Shown here: piece by piece, positions 9,602 to 17,801 of the stretch
Layout of the letters: every line of letters begins with the position of its first letter
Numbering within the stretch: the first letter of the stretch is position 1
Origin: Patescibacteria group bacterium
GTDB lineage: Bacteria > Patescibacteriota > WWE3 > UBA101185 > UBA10185
Direction: 5' to 3'
Assembly: GCA_019428825.1 (NCBI GenBank)
Contig: JAHYJU010000003.1
Location: 1 to 37,606 of the forward strand
Length of the DNA stretch: 37,606 bases
The notes under the pieces: generated by a model
Told to the model about the DNA's origin: nothing
What the model saw: the letters and a program-made list of their open reading frames with translations, nothing else
Database searches by the model: none
Position numbers and translations under genes: made by a program

Positions 9602-11449
9602 TTATTCTTTGTATCCCTCGGCTTGAATTCTAAACCCTTCTGTGTACTTTCCGTTTAATTTAAGTAATTCCTCATGGGTTCCCTGTTCTATTATTTTTCC
9701 GTCATCAAGAACAATTATCCTATCAGCGTTTCTTACTGTCGAGAACCTATGTGAAATTATTATTACTGTTTTATTTTCAAAGAATTCATATATTTTTGTA
9801 AATATTTTTGCTTCTGATGCGGTATCTATGGCTGCAGTAGGTTCATCAAATATTACCAAGGGGGCGTTTCTGTAGAAAAACCTTGCTAAAGCAATTTTTT
9901 GCCATTGACCTGTGCTGGGTCTGACACCTCCCTTAAACCTCTCACTTAAAATTGTATCGAATTTATTCGGATACTCTTCAATAAAGTCTAGGGCATCCGC
10001 GGTTTGTGCAGCATCTCTCATCTTTTTTTGGTCTATCTCGTCAACTTTACCTATCATAATATTCTCTTTAACACTTAGACTGCTGTAATTGTTAAAATCC
10101 TGAAATAACGTCCCAAAGTTTTTATATAGTGATTCTGATTTAATGTCAGAGATTTCTATATCATTAATAGTTATCTGTCCCTCAGATGCTTTATAAAACT
10201 TGCAAAGAAGCTTAACCAGTGTTGTTTTTCCGGCTCCGTTGTGACCTACTATTGCAATCTTCTCTCCCGATTTAATATTTAAAGATAGGTTTTTTATGAC
10301 CTTTTTATCATTTCTGGGGTAAGAGAAACTCACATCTTTGAAATCAATACTAGGGCCTTTATCCATCATAGGCAGTTCCTTATCTCCGTCATTTAAAACA
10401 GGTTCTGCCATAAAAAGATAGTATACATCTTTAATTTGTATTGCTGACTCTGAGACATCATTAAAGTTTTGTACTACTCTGGTAACGGAGGTTTCTAAAA
10501 TGTTTAGAGATCTCATCCAAAAAGCTACATTACCGATACTTAGAATTCTGTTAAGAAATCTTTTAAATATTTCCAAATATCCGTAGAAGGTTAGTAAATC
10601 CCGAAGAAAACCTATAAAGTGACTCCAAAATCTGGATTTCTGAGCGAATTTAAGATGTCGGTCGGTAAGCCAATTTGTAAACTTAGTGTACAAATCATCT
10701 ATATATTTAAATGACCCTGTAACTGTAACTTCTTGTAGGGGTGTTGGGTTTTGCAAGGTCCAAGCAGCTTCTGTTACCCTTCTATGTTTTTCTGTATTTT
10801 CAAAACGAAGTTTATATATTTTTCTTCTCATTACCCTATCAATAAACAAATATGGGATTGATATAATGAGTGTTAATACTACGAATTGGGGCATAAATCT
10901 TAGAACAAGAGTTAATGTTACAAACATCTTTACTACGTTGACAATAAAGTCGATACTAGTGTCTACATATCTGAAAACATTCCAAAGATAATTACCGGCT
11001 CTATAAACTTTGTCGCTTATTTCCGGTTGCTCTAGAGTCTGGATTCCTAATCGATTTAGTTTGTGATAGAGTTCCCTCCTTAAGAACACGTCGCTTTTTA
11101 ATCTAATTATGGATCCCGCATAGCTATTTACAAAAGCAAGGACAGTTTCAATAACACTGTATGTAAGGAGAACTGCTAGATAAGGATACATGCTTTGAAT
11201 AACAGCATTTGGTTCTTGTATGACCCTCGTTAACTCGTCTAAAGCTCTGGCGAATATCAGAGTATAGATAATGTCCTGAACTTTAAATATTGTTTGACCA
11301 ACAATATATACAGTGGTTGCATAAGGGTGGTTTTTGAAAAATAGTGATAAACCCCATTTAGATATTTTAAATGTTTCTAAGAAACTGACTTTTTGGTAAT
11401 CATCTGAATTATCAGGTTTATTAGAGGATGCAGATTCATTATCAGACAT
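9602..11449 (-). CDS. ABC exporter, fused permease and ATP-binding protein
   Basis: Several N-terminal TM segments; Walker A GHNGAGKT, Walker B VIFDEPT, ISHR H-loop; atypical signature PSTGQ. Confidence 0.92.
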   Translation of the reverse strand: MSDNESASSNKPDNSDDYQKVSFLETFKISKWGLSLFFKNHPYATTVYIVGQTIFKVQDIIYTLIFARALDELTRVIQEPNAVIQSMYPYLAVLLTYSVIETVLAFVNSYAGSIIRLKSDVFLRRELYHKLNRLGIQTLEQPEISDKVYRAGNYLWNVFRYVDTSIDFIVNVVKMFVTLTLVLRFMPQFVVLTLIISIPYLFIDRVMRRKIYKLRFENTEKHRRVTEAAWTLQNPTPLQEVTVTGSFKYIDDLYTKFTNWLTDRHLKFAQKSRFWSHFIGFLRDLLTFYGYLEIFKRFLNRILSIGNVAFWMRSLNILETSVTRVVQNFNDVSESAIQIKDVYYLFMAEPVLNDGDKELPMMDKGPSIDFKDVSFSYPRNDKKVIKNLSLNIKSGEKIAIVGHNGAGKTTLVKLLCKFYKASEGQITINDIEISDIKSESLYKNFGTLFQDFNNYSSLSVKENIMIGKVDEIDQKKMRDAAQTADALDFIEEYPNKFDTILSERFKGGVRPSTGQWQKIALARFFYRNAPLVIFDEPTAAIDTASEAKIFTKIYEFFENKTVIIISHRFSTVRNADRIIVLDDGKIIEQGTHEELLKLNGKYTEGFRIQAEGYKE

Positions 11450-11481
11450 AATACTTTATTCTAATTTGAAAAGAGTGAAAT

Positions 11482-11835
11482 TTAAAGGTTTTTCTTAACT
11501 TTATCCACTATCTCATCAAAAGATGCGGGGTCTTGAATAGCTATCTCCGATAACATTTTTCTGTTCAACTCAATTTTTGATTTTTTTAAGGCGTTAATAA
11601 ATCTGCTGTACATAATCTCATGTTTGGTTAAAGCTGAGTTTAATCTTGATATCCAAAGTCTCCTTAGATTACCGGGTCTTTTTCTTCTACCTCTAAAGGC
11701 ATGTTCCCCGGCTCTTAATACAGCCTCACTTGCCTTTTTATAATTTTTGCTTCTATTACCCCTATACCCTTTTGCAAGTTTTAATACTTTTTTATGTCTT
11801 TTTGCGGCGCTAGGCCCACCTTTTACTCTTGGCAT
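11482..11835 (-). CDS. rplT: 50S ribosomal protein L20
   Basis: MPRVKGG...KLAKGYRG...LWISRLN...LNRKML; canonical operon position. Confidence 0.97.
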   Translation of the reverse strand: MPRVKGGPSAAKRHKKVLKLAKGYRGNRSKNYKKASEAVLRAGEHAFRGRRKRPGNLRRLWISRLNSALTKHEIMYSRFINALKKSKIELNRKMLSEIAIQDPASFDEIVDKVKKNL

Positions 11836-12053
11836 TATATTTCCTTTCCATGCTTGTTCAGCATCTTTTTAAACATTTTTTTATGACCTTTGTTTTTCTG
11901 TTCAGAAACACCTGTATTTCTGGTTTTATTAGGACTACTTTTTTTCTCTTTTAAGTGGCCCATACCTACACTTTTCTTCATTATTTTACCTGTTTTTGTT
12001 ATCTTTACTCTTCTAAGTAAAGTTTTTTTTGTTTTTATCTTTTGTTTTGCCAT
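11835..12053 (-). CDS. rpmI: 50S ribosomal protein L35
   Basis: KIKTKK...RRVKITKTGKI...H; lies between infC and rplT. Confidence 0.93.
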   Translation of the reverse strand: MAKQKIKTKKTLLRRVKITKTGKIMKKSVGMGHLKEKKSSPNKTRNTGVSEQKNKGHKKMFKKMLNKHGKEI

Positions 12054-12059
12054 ATTAAT

Positions 12060-12566
12060 TCACTTTCCTACAAACATTGCCCAAACGGTATTACCCAATC
12101 TTTTGGGCTCTTCTTCAATTTTTGCTACTTCATTAAGTTCTTTTTCAATTTTCCTGATTTGATCTATTGCTACCTCAGGGAACATTGCTTCCCTACCCTT
12201 CATTTTTACTGTTATCTTAACTTTGTCTCCATCGTCAATAAATTCTTTTGCTCTTTTAACAAATCTTTGCATATCTCCTTCTCCTGTGGTTGGGCTCAAT
12301 CTAAGCTCCTTTACTTCAGTTTTTTTACTTTTTGCCTTTGCTGTGCTTTCTTTCTTTTTTTCGTCGTATAAAAACTTAGCAAAGTCTACTATCTTAGCCA
12401 CCGGGGGGTTGGCGTTTGGAACTACTAAAACAAGGTCCAAATCATCTTTTAAAGCTATACCCAATGCTTCACTTGTTTTCATCACACCTAAATTTTCGCC
12501 TTTAGTCGAAATTACTCTAACTTCTTCTGATTTTATCTGTTGGTTTTTTGTGTACCAGTTTGGTAT
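12060..12566 (-). CDS. infC: Translation initiation factor IF-3, probable ATA start (168 aa)
   Basis: IF3 motifs DLDLVLV..PPVAKIVDF and KVKITVKMKGRE. The frame extends 27 codons upstream of the track start (NQQIKSEEVRVI) to an ATA lying 7 nt after AGGAGG. Confidence 0.93.
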   Translation of the reverse strand: MPNWYTKNQQIKSEEVRVISTKGENLGVMKTSEALGIALKDDLDLVLVVPNANPPVAKIVDFAKFLYDEKKKESTAKAKSKKTEVKELRLSPTTGEGDMQRFVKRAKEFIDDGDKVKITVKMKGREAMFPEVAIDQIRKIEKELNEVAKIEEEPKRLGNTVWAMFVGK

Positions 12567-12593
12567 ATGCTTTCCTCCTAAAACCTTAGTAAA

Positions 12594-14390
12594 TTACCAC
12601 AAATTGAGAGATTTGGTCAAATACATTTTTTCAATTTTCTCAATTACTTCATCAAGGGGTTTTAACCCAAGATTCTCTTCAGTGCGTAGTCTAACACTTA
12701 CTCCATTATTTTCAATCTCTTTATCCCCGATTATAAACATATAGGGAATTTTCTGCATTTGAGCATCTCTTATTTTTGCTTGCATTGTTTCAGATCTGTC
12801 GTCTATTTTTACTCTTATGTTTTTCTCTTTTAGCTTTTCGGAAACTTTTTGTGCGTATTCAATGTGTTTATCACCAATAGGTATTATTTGGACTTGTAAG
12901 GGACACATCCATACAGGAAACGCTCCGTTTGTATGCTCTATATAAACTCCCATGAATCTTTCAAGTGATCCTAAAAGTGCCCTGTGTATCATGAATGGTG
13001 TTTTTTGATCCCCACTGTTGTCTATGTAGGTCATGTTGAATTTGCTCGGAAGATTAAAATCTACTTGTATAGTTGAAAGTTGCCATTTTCTACCTATAGC
13101 ATCGGAAACTTTGATATCAATTTTTGGACCATAGAATACTGCCCCACCTACATCCGTAATGTAGTCTTCAAAACCAAAATTTTTGAGAACTAGTTTTAAT
13201 CCTTCTTCGGCTTTATCCCAATCTTTATCTCCCCCAATGTATTTTTCCTTGTTCTCAGGGTCTCTTACCGATAAATTAACTTCAAAATCGTCAAAACCGA
13301 ATGTTTTTAGGACGAACATAGTTAAGTCCATAGCTTCCATAAGTTCATCGTGAAGTTGTTCCTCGGTGCACATTATGTGGCCGTCGTCTTGGGTAAATCC
13401 TCTTACTCTGGTTAAACCTTGCAAAACTCCACTTTTTTCATATCTGTAAACTGTTCCCATCTCTGCTGTTCTGAATGGAAGTTCTTTATAACTTCTAGGT
13501 CTGTGATTGTAAATTTTAATATGCATAGGACAATTCATAGGTTTTAACCTGTATTGCTCATCTTCTATTCCAAAGGAGTTATACATGGCGTCTTTATAAA
13601 AATCCAAATGCCCGGAGTGTGACCATAGAGCTTCACTTGCAATATGAGGAGTTGTTACCGGTAAATACCCTCTTTCAAGATAAGTGTTAAAGGCAAACTC
13701 CATGGCTTTGTGTCGGACAAATGCCCCGTTAGGCATCCACAGAGGAAGTCCTTGACCAACCTCGTCGTCCATAAAGAAAAGTTCCATTTCTTTCGCTATA
13801 TTTCTGTGATCTCTTTCTTTGGCCTTTTCAATCATCTCAAGATATTCATCTAGTTCTTCTTGAGTTTCAAAAACAGTTGCATAGATTCTTGTGAGCATTT
13901 TGTTTTTTTCATCACCGTGCCAATAAGCTCCGGCAACACTTAAAAGTTTGAAAGCGCCGATGCTACTTGTTCTTCCAGTGTGGTTGCCCGCACACAGGTC
14001 AATATCATAGTATCTTCCCTCTTTGTTCCCTATTTCACAAACTGTCGGATTTCCTCCGTCTTTTTCAATTTCTCCTATCATTTCAAGTTTAAAAGGATTA
14101 TCTTTGAAAATTTCTTTTAATTCTTTGAAACCGGCATCTCTCATTAAAATAGGAAGATTTGCTTCTACAATATCTCTCATTCTTTCTTCTATTTTAGGAA
14201 AGTCCTCTTCTGTTATTTTTCCTTCGTAATCGAAATCACCGTAGAAACCATTTTCTATTGGAGGTCCCATTACTTTTTTTGCTCCCGGGAATAAACTTTC
14301 CACAGCCATATGCATGACATGTTCTGTGCTGTGCCTTAGAGGGTACAGCGGATTATCTTTGATTTTATCTATTACTTTTTGTTTTTTCAT
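12594..14390 (-). CDS. thrS: Threonine--tRNA ligase, lacking the N-terminal TGS domain
   Basis: RHSTEH, GPPIENGFYGDF, RDHR, LKPMNCP, RVRGFTQDD, FYGPKID and HRALLGSLERF. Confidence 0.98.
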   Translation of the reverse strand: MKKQKVIDKIKDNPLYPLRHSTEHVMHMAVESLFPGAKKVMGPPIENGFYGDFDYEGKITEEDFPKIEERMRDIVEANLPILMRDAGFKELKEIFKDNPFKLEMIGEIEKDGGNPTVCEIGNKEGRYYDIDLCAGNHTGRTSSIGAFKLLSVAGAYWHGDEKNKMLTRIYATVFETQEELDEYLEMIEKAKERDHRNIAKEMELFFMDDEVGQGLPLWMPNGAFVRHKAMEFAFNTYLERGYLPVTTPHIASEALWSHSGHLDFYKDAMYNSFGIEDEQYRLKPMNCPMHIKIYNHRPRSYKELPFRTAEMGTVYRYEKSGVLQGLTRVRGFTQDDGHIMCTEEQLHDELMEAMDLTMFVLKTFGFDDFEVNLSVRDPENKEKYIGGDKDWDKAEEGLKLVLKNFGFEDYITDVGGAVFYGPKIDIKVSDAIGRKWQLSTIQVDFNLPSKFNMTYIDNSGDQKTPFMIHRALLGSLERFMGVYIEHTNGAFPVWMCPLQVQIIPIGDKHIEYAQKVSEKLKEKNIRVKIDDRSETMQAKIRDAQMQKIPYMFIIGDKEIENNGVSVRLRTEENLGLKPLDEVIEKIEKMYLTKSLNLW

Positions 14391-14456
14391 ATATTTGTCT
14401 TTCTGATTATATCTGAATTTTGCTTAAATGAATACGTTTTATGAGTTTTAATAAGA

Positions 14457-14522
14457 TTATTTCCCCGCTCTTGGCGAGGTTGTGGTTGTTGTAAAGATTG
14501 TGTAAAAAAGATTATTTTTCAC
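14457..14522 (-). CDS. Putative Thr-rich leader peptide, 21 aa (MKNNLFYTIFTTTTTSPRAGK)
   Basis: GTG...ACA ATC TTT ACA ACA ACC ACA ACC...TAA; five consecutive Thr codons; ends 66 nt upstream of thrS. Confidence 0.65.
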   Translation of the reverse strand: MKNNLFYTIFTTTTTSPRAGK

Positions 14523-14530
14523 TGTGTTTA

Positions 14531-14559
14531 TTTTTACTACTTGAGATTGGGTGTGTCAA
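14531..14559 (-). promoter_or_regulatory. Sigma70-type promoter for the thrS leader
   Basis: TTGACA (14559-14554), 17 nt spacer, TAAAAA (14536-14531), 8 nt before the GTG; the -10 is imperfect. Confidence 0.5.
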
Positions 14560-14569
14560 TGAAAAAGCT

Positions 14570-14968
14570 TCACAAAATTTTTGTGAAGCTTTTGGCAGTA
14601 GCTCTCTTCGATAATCTGTTTTCAATAAATGTGACCTTGTCGGAAAAAGACATTTCTAACCATTTTTCTTTTTCAGCCCCTTCATTGGGAACTCCAAAAT
14701 AGGCACAGAATATTGCGGCTTCGTAAAGATTTATAGGGGTTTTTTCTTCTTTGGGAATCGGAACGAATCCTCCATTTTTATCTTTTTTTACTCCGCAAAG
14801 TTTTTCTCCGATTGTTATAGTCCTTGGATCTTGTTTACCAACTTTCGTAGTTAAGAAGGTTAACTTACCTGATTCTTTATCAGTTTTGGTATTTTCTTCA
14901 TTTGGTACAAAATCCAAAATCTCGAACAAAGGTTTATCTGTCACATAATCGTTATTACTCTCAGCCAT
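14570..14968 (-). CDS. Hypothetical protein, 132 aa
   Basis: ORF with SD AGGAG and TTGACA and TGnTATAGT elements upstream; no family recognised. Confidence 0.7.
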   Translation of the reverse strand: MAESNNDYVTDKPLFEILDFVPNEENTKTDKESGKLTFLTTKVGKQDPRTITIGEKLCGVKKDKNGGFVPIPKEEKTPINLYEAAIFCAYFGVPNEGAEKEKWLEMSFSDKVTFIENRLSKRATAKSFTKIL

Positions 14969-15034
14969 TTTTACTCCTATCTATTTTTTCTTAAAGAATA
15001 TAGCAGAAGACTATAGCAGATTTGAATTAATGTC

Positions 15035-15088
15035 AAAAAAATGGCACGTAATATCTCAAAGTTTTTAACCTTGGTTTTATTACGTGCC
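15035..15088 (-). terminator. Intrinsic terminator
   Basis: Perfect 11-bp inverted repeat GGCACGTAATA/TATTACGTGCC followed on the - strand by a T-run. Confidence 0.65.
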
Positions 15089-15303
15089 TAAAACGATCAT
15101 TTTTTCCGCATAAAATTCTCAATGGCTTATAGAGTCCAGTTCCCTATGCCGTGAGATTATTAGCCCCACAGTTTCCTCCTTTCGGATTTGATAGAGATGA
15201 GATACTTGATTCCACAATGATTATAGAATCCCATCTCTTTCCGATGATATCTGTCCTCCTCCCTCTAAACCTACTCAATAAGCAAAGAGTAGCTAATGTA
15301 GGA
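15089..15303 (-). ncRNA. Candidate structured small RNA or short-ORF transcript
   Basis: Bounded by TAGACT-16-TATAAT (15334-15307) and the 15035-15088 terminator; long imperfect hairpin at 15182-15244; no - strand ORF long enough for the track. Confidence 0.35.
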
Positions 15304-15349
15304 AGTATTATACCTAAAATTTTTAAAAAGTCTATAAGTCTATTTGTAG

Positions 15350-16282
15350 CTATAATTCTAAAATTTCTTTCTCAACTGGTATTGTTTTTACATGAATAAG
15401 GCCAAATTTTTTTAAAAGAACTAGAATTAAAAATATTGTGTTTGTGTAGATAAAATATATTACAGAGTTATAAATTTGTAAGATTCCAAATACTAACAAA
15501 GCTAATGTAGGGCTAAAAAGATTTTTGTATGGTTCTACAACATTATTTATTTGTGTGGATATGGAATTTTTTATCGTTCCCGTAACGCTTTCTGTTGTGC
15601 TTTCAGGCAAGGATATGTTAGCGGGTAATTCAGTAATTCCGAAGCTGTTTAGAACAGCAGCTACTTGAGGATTTGATTCCTTAAGTGATTCAAGGTTTAA
15701 GGAAGTAATCTCCTCGGCTACCTGTTTTTCATATTCTTTCTCTACAGCTTCTTTTACGGGTTTTTCTACTATATCTGCGGCCCACTCCCCTACATTTATC
15801 GAAGAGATATTTTCAGACATAAGAAAAACCGACAATGCTGTAATTACACTTATAATAAGAAGAAATCCTTTTGTAGCAGACCTTCCGGAGTATCTAATTC
15901 TTATTTTAATTAAACTCTTACTTATGGAATTTGTTCTTTGAATTGAAAATAGAAAATAAAGAAACGAAAATACTGAGCCTACTATAGCCTCTTCTGTTTT
16001 AAATTTAGTCAAAAATATGAAAGATAAGATAAAAACTATCGAGGGTGCTATAAATATTTCCCATTTTTTATTTATGGAATGCGAGATTAATCCAATAGTC
16101 CAAAGAGTCGGTAGCAGGATTAAAGCAAAGGGAATTGCAAACTCGGGAGACAGGGAAAAATACCTTTGGTTTTCTACAAAGTTTGTAATTACTCTGCAAA
16201 GAAAAAACAACTCTATTGCAAAAAGAACATACAGTATTGATTTTTTTACAACAGAATATTTATTCAAGCCAACACTTTCCAT
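15350..16282 (-). CDS. Hypothetical multi-pass membrane protein
   Basis: 310 aa with about 6 hydrophobic segments and one soluble loop. Confidence 0.8.
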   Translation of the reverse strand: MESVGLNKYSVVKKSILYVLFAIELFFLCRVITNFVENQRYFSLSPEFAIPFALILLPTLWTIGLISHSINKKWEIFIAPSIVFILSFIFLTKFKTEEAIVGSVFSFLYFLFSIQRTNSISKSLIKIRIRYSGRSATKGFLLIISVITALSVFLMSENISSINVGEWAADIVEKPVKEAVEKEYEKQVAEEITSLNLESLKESNPQVAAVLNSFGITELPANISLPESTTESVTGTIKNSISTQINNVVEPYKNLFSPTLALLVFGILQIYNSVIYFIYTNTIFLILVLLKKFGLIHVKTIPVEKEILEL

Positions 16283-16321
16283 TGTTTAAGTATAGATTTT
16301 AGACTATTTTCTTACAAGTCT

Positions 16322-16711
16322 TTAGTCGTGATGATGAGATTTTTCGTATTCATCTGCTTCCGTCTTGGTTTCATGAATAGTCCCATCGGGATGATTTGCG
16401 GGGCTATAAACTGTGTAGAGTTTCAAGTCTTCTGTCTCACTTGTGTTTATGATATTGTGCTCTGTTCCCGCAGGAATGACTATTGCGAACCCGTCAGTAA
16501 TACTATATTCCTGACCTTCGGCAACTAATTTTCCTTCACCTGCGTCTATTCTGAAAAATTGATCTACATCACCGTGTATCTCCATCCCAATTTCCTCACC
16601 CGGTTTTAGACTCATAATGACAAGCTGGCTATGCTCGTTTGTTGACAGAACCTGTCTAAAATTACTATTTCCGAGAGTTAATTCTTCAATATTATCTACG
16701 AATATTGGCAT
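16322..16711 (-). CDS. Cupin domain protein
   Basis: QLVIMSLKPGEEIGMEIH..DQFF and IPAGTEHNIIN cupin motifs. Confidence 0.9.
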   Translation of the reverse strand: MPIFVDNIEELTLGNSNFRQVLSTNEHSQLVIMSLKPGEEIGMEIHGDVDQFFRIDAGEGKLVAEGQEYSITDGFAIVIPAGTEHNIINTSETEDLKLYTVYSPANHPDGTIHETKTEADEYEKSHHHD

Positions 16712-16826
16712 AATATTTTTCCTTCCTTAAAATTATTATAACTATTTACTTATATTATTTTATTTATTATATATTAAACATTGGAAGTCGTTAATCTTAA
16801 CTGAGATCAAGATAAGTTACTCTACT

Positions 16827-17612
16827 CTAAGAGTGCCACTCTCGAATAGATATTTCGTGGATTATTGAATGTGTTTTTCCAAAGACTATCAACAAGTTGT
16901 ATCCCTTGTCCCACAATCTTTCCATGTTTTGAAGTGTTACTTTGTCTTTGTATTGTGATTTTGTGTTTATTACATCATTTATTATGTTTATTTCTTGATA
17001 AGGATTAGTCTCATTTTTTATATATTCCAAATTATTGTAATCAAGTTCAACCCCCGATATTTCCTGGTAGCACTTAGAAATATTACTTAATTCGAAGAAA
17101 TTAGCATCCCACCCCGATATTCCTTTAAGGTAATCCAGGTAGCTTCCAAGAGATGCCTCCATGTTGTCAGGTTTTATATAGTTACTTCTTATTGATATTT
17201 GCTCAACATAAAGACATGTTATTACTACATCTTTAGGGAATTTTTGAGCAAGGTGATTTAGTTGGTCAACTGTATCTGGCTCCGGGCTTGAAACTTGTAT
17301 GGCAGAAGCTTGTGCTAGAAACCAAGTGTAATAAGACTCACCCAGGGATTTTATCTGCTCCTTCCTGTTGTACGGAAGCATTTTTTCACCACCTTCTACA
17401 AGAACCATTCTTCTTTTTCCATCTGTTTTATCAATAAAATCTTGAAGATAGTTTTCTAAAACTCCCCAAGCAGGGTCTTTAGGATCGTATATGTGTTCAA
17501 AGCCTAAATAGTATAATATTTGCCCCCCTTTTCTTATATGAAAAAAGTACGGGGTTGGATAAGGCCCGAATTTTGTAAGTTCGAGATATTTTTTTTGAAG
17601 ATTGTTTAGCAC
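16827..17612 (-). CDS. Hypothetical protein, possibly TraB/GumN/EreA-ChaN-like fold
   Basis: Motif order YLGFEH, VLVEG, IVFGKTH resembles that superfamily; the assignment is tentative. Confidence 0.55.
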   Translation of the reverse strand: MLNNLQKKYLELTKFGPYPTPYFFHIRKGGQILYYLGFEHIYDPKDPAWGVLENYLQDFIDKTDGKRRMVLVEGGEKMLPYNRKEQIKSLGESYYTWFLAQASAIQVSSPEPDTVDQLNHLAQKFPKDVVITCLYVEQISIRSNYIKPDNMEASLGSYLDYLKGISGWDANFFELSNISKCYQEISGVELDYNNLEYIKNETNPYQEINIINDVINTKSQYKDKVTLQNMERLWDKGYNLLIVFGKTHSIIHEISIREWHS

Positions 17613-17630
17613 AGGTTAAGTATATATTAA

Positions 17631-17753
17631 AGGGCTCAGCCCTGTACAGGGCTGGGCCATCTGCTAGACTCAGTCTAGCATTTCTATTCTCACTAGAATT
17701 TACTTTATTACCAACTAAAAAACGGTTTAGTGGAATTTCCGGACTGAGTCCGG
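17631..17753. repeat. Cluster of palindromic REP-like units
   Basis: AGGGCTCAGCCCT-GTAC-AGGGCTGGGCC (17631-17658), TGCTAGACTCAGTCTAGCA (17662-17680) and CCGGACTGAGTCCGG (17739-17753). Confidence 0.85.
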
Positions 17754-17801
17754 CATACCCAAATAGTTGTCAAAAATCCCCCAAAAGTTTAAAGTATACC
17801 A

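Noticed and set aside
15080-15169. TGA readthrough (code 25 or Sec) extending the 16-aa ORF
   Set aside because: TGA ends tyrS, the first M16 peptidase and other genes at their expected C-termini, and no SECIS-like evidence was seen.
15151-15399. 82-aa + strand ORF
   Set aside because: Promoter, SD, G-U pairing and terminator all point to - strand transcription, and the ORF overlaps the end of the membrane-protein gene.
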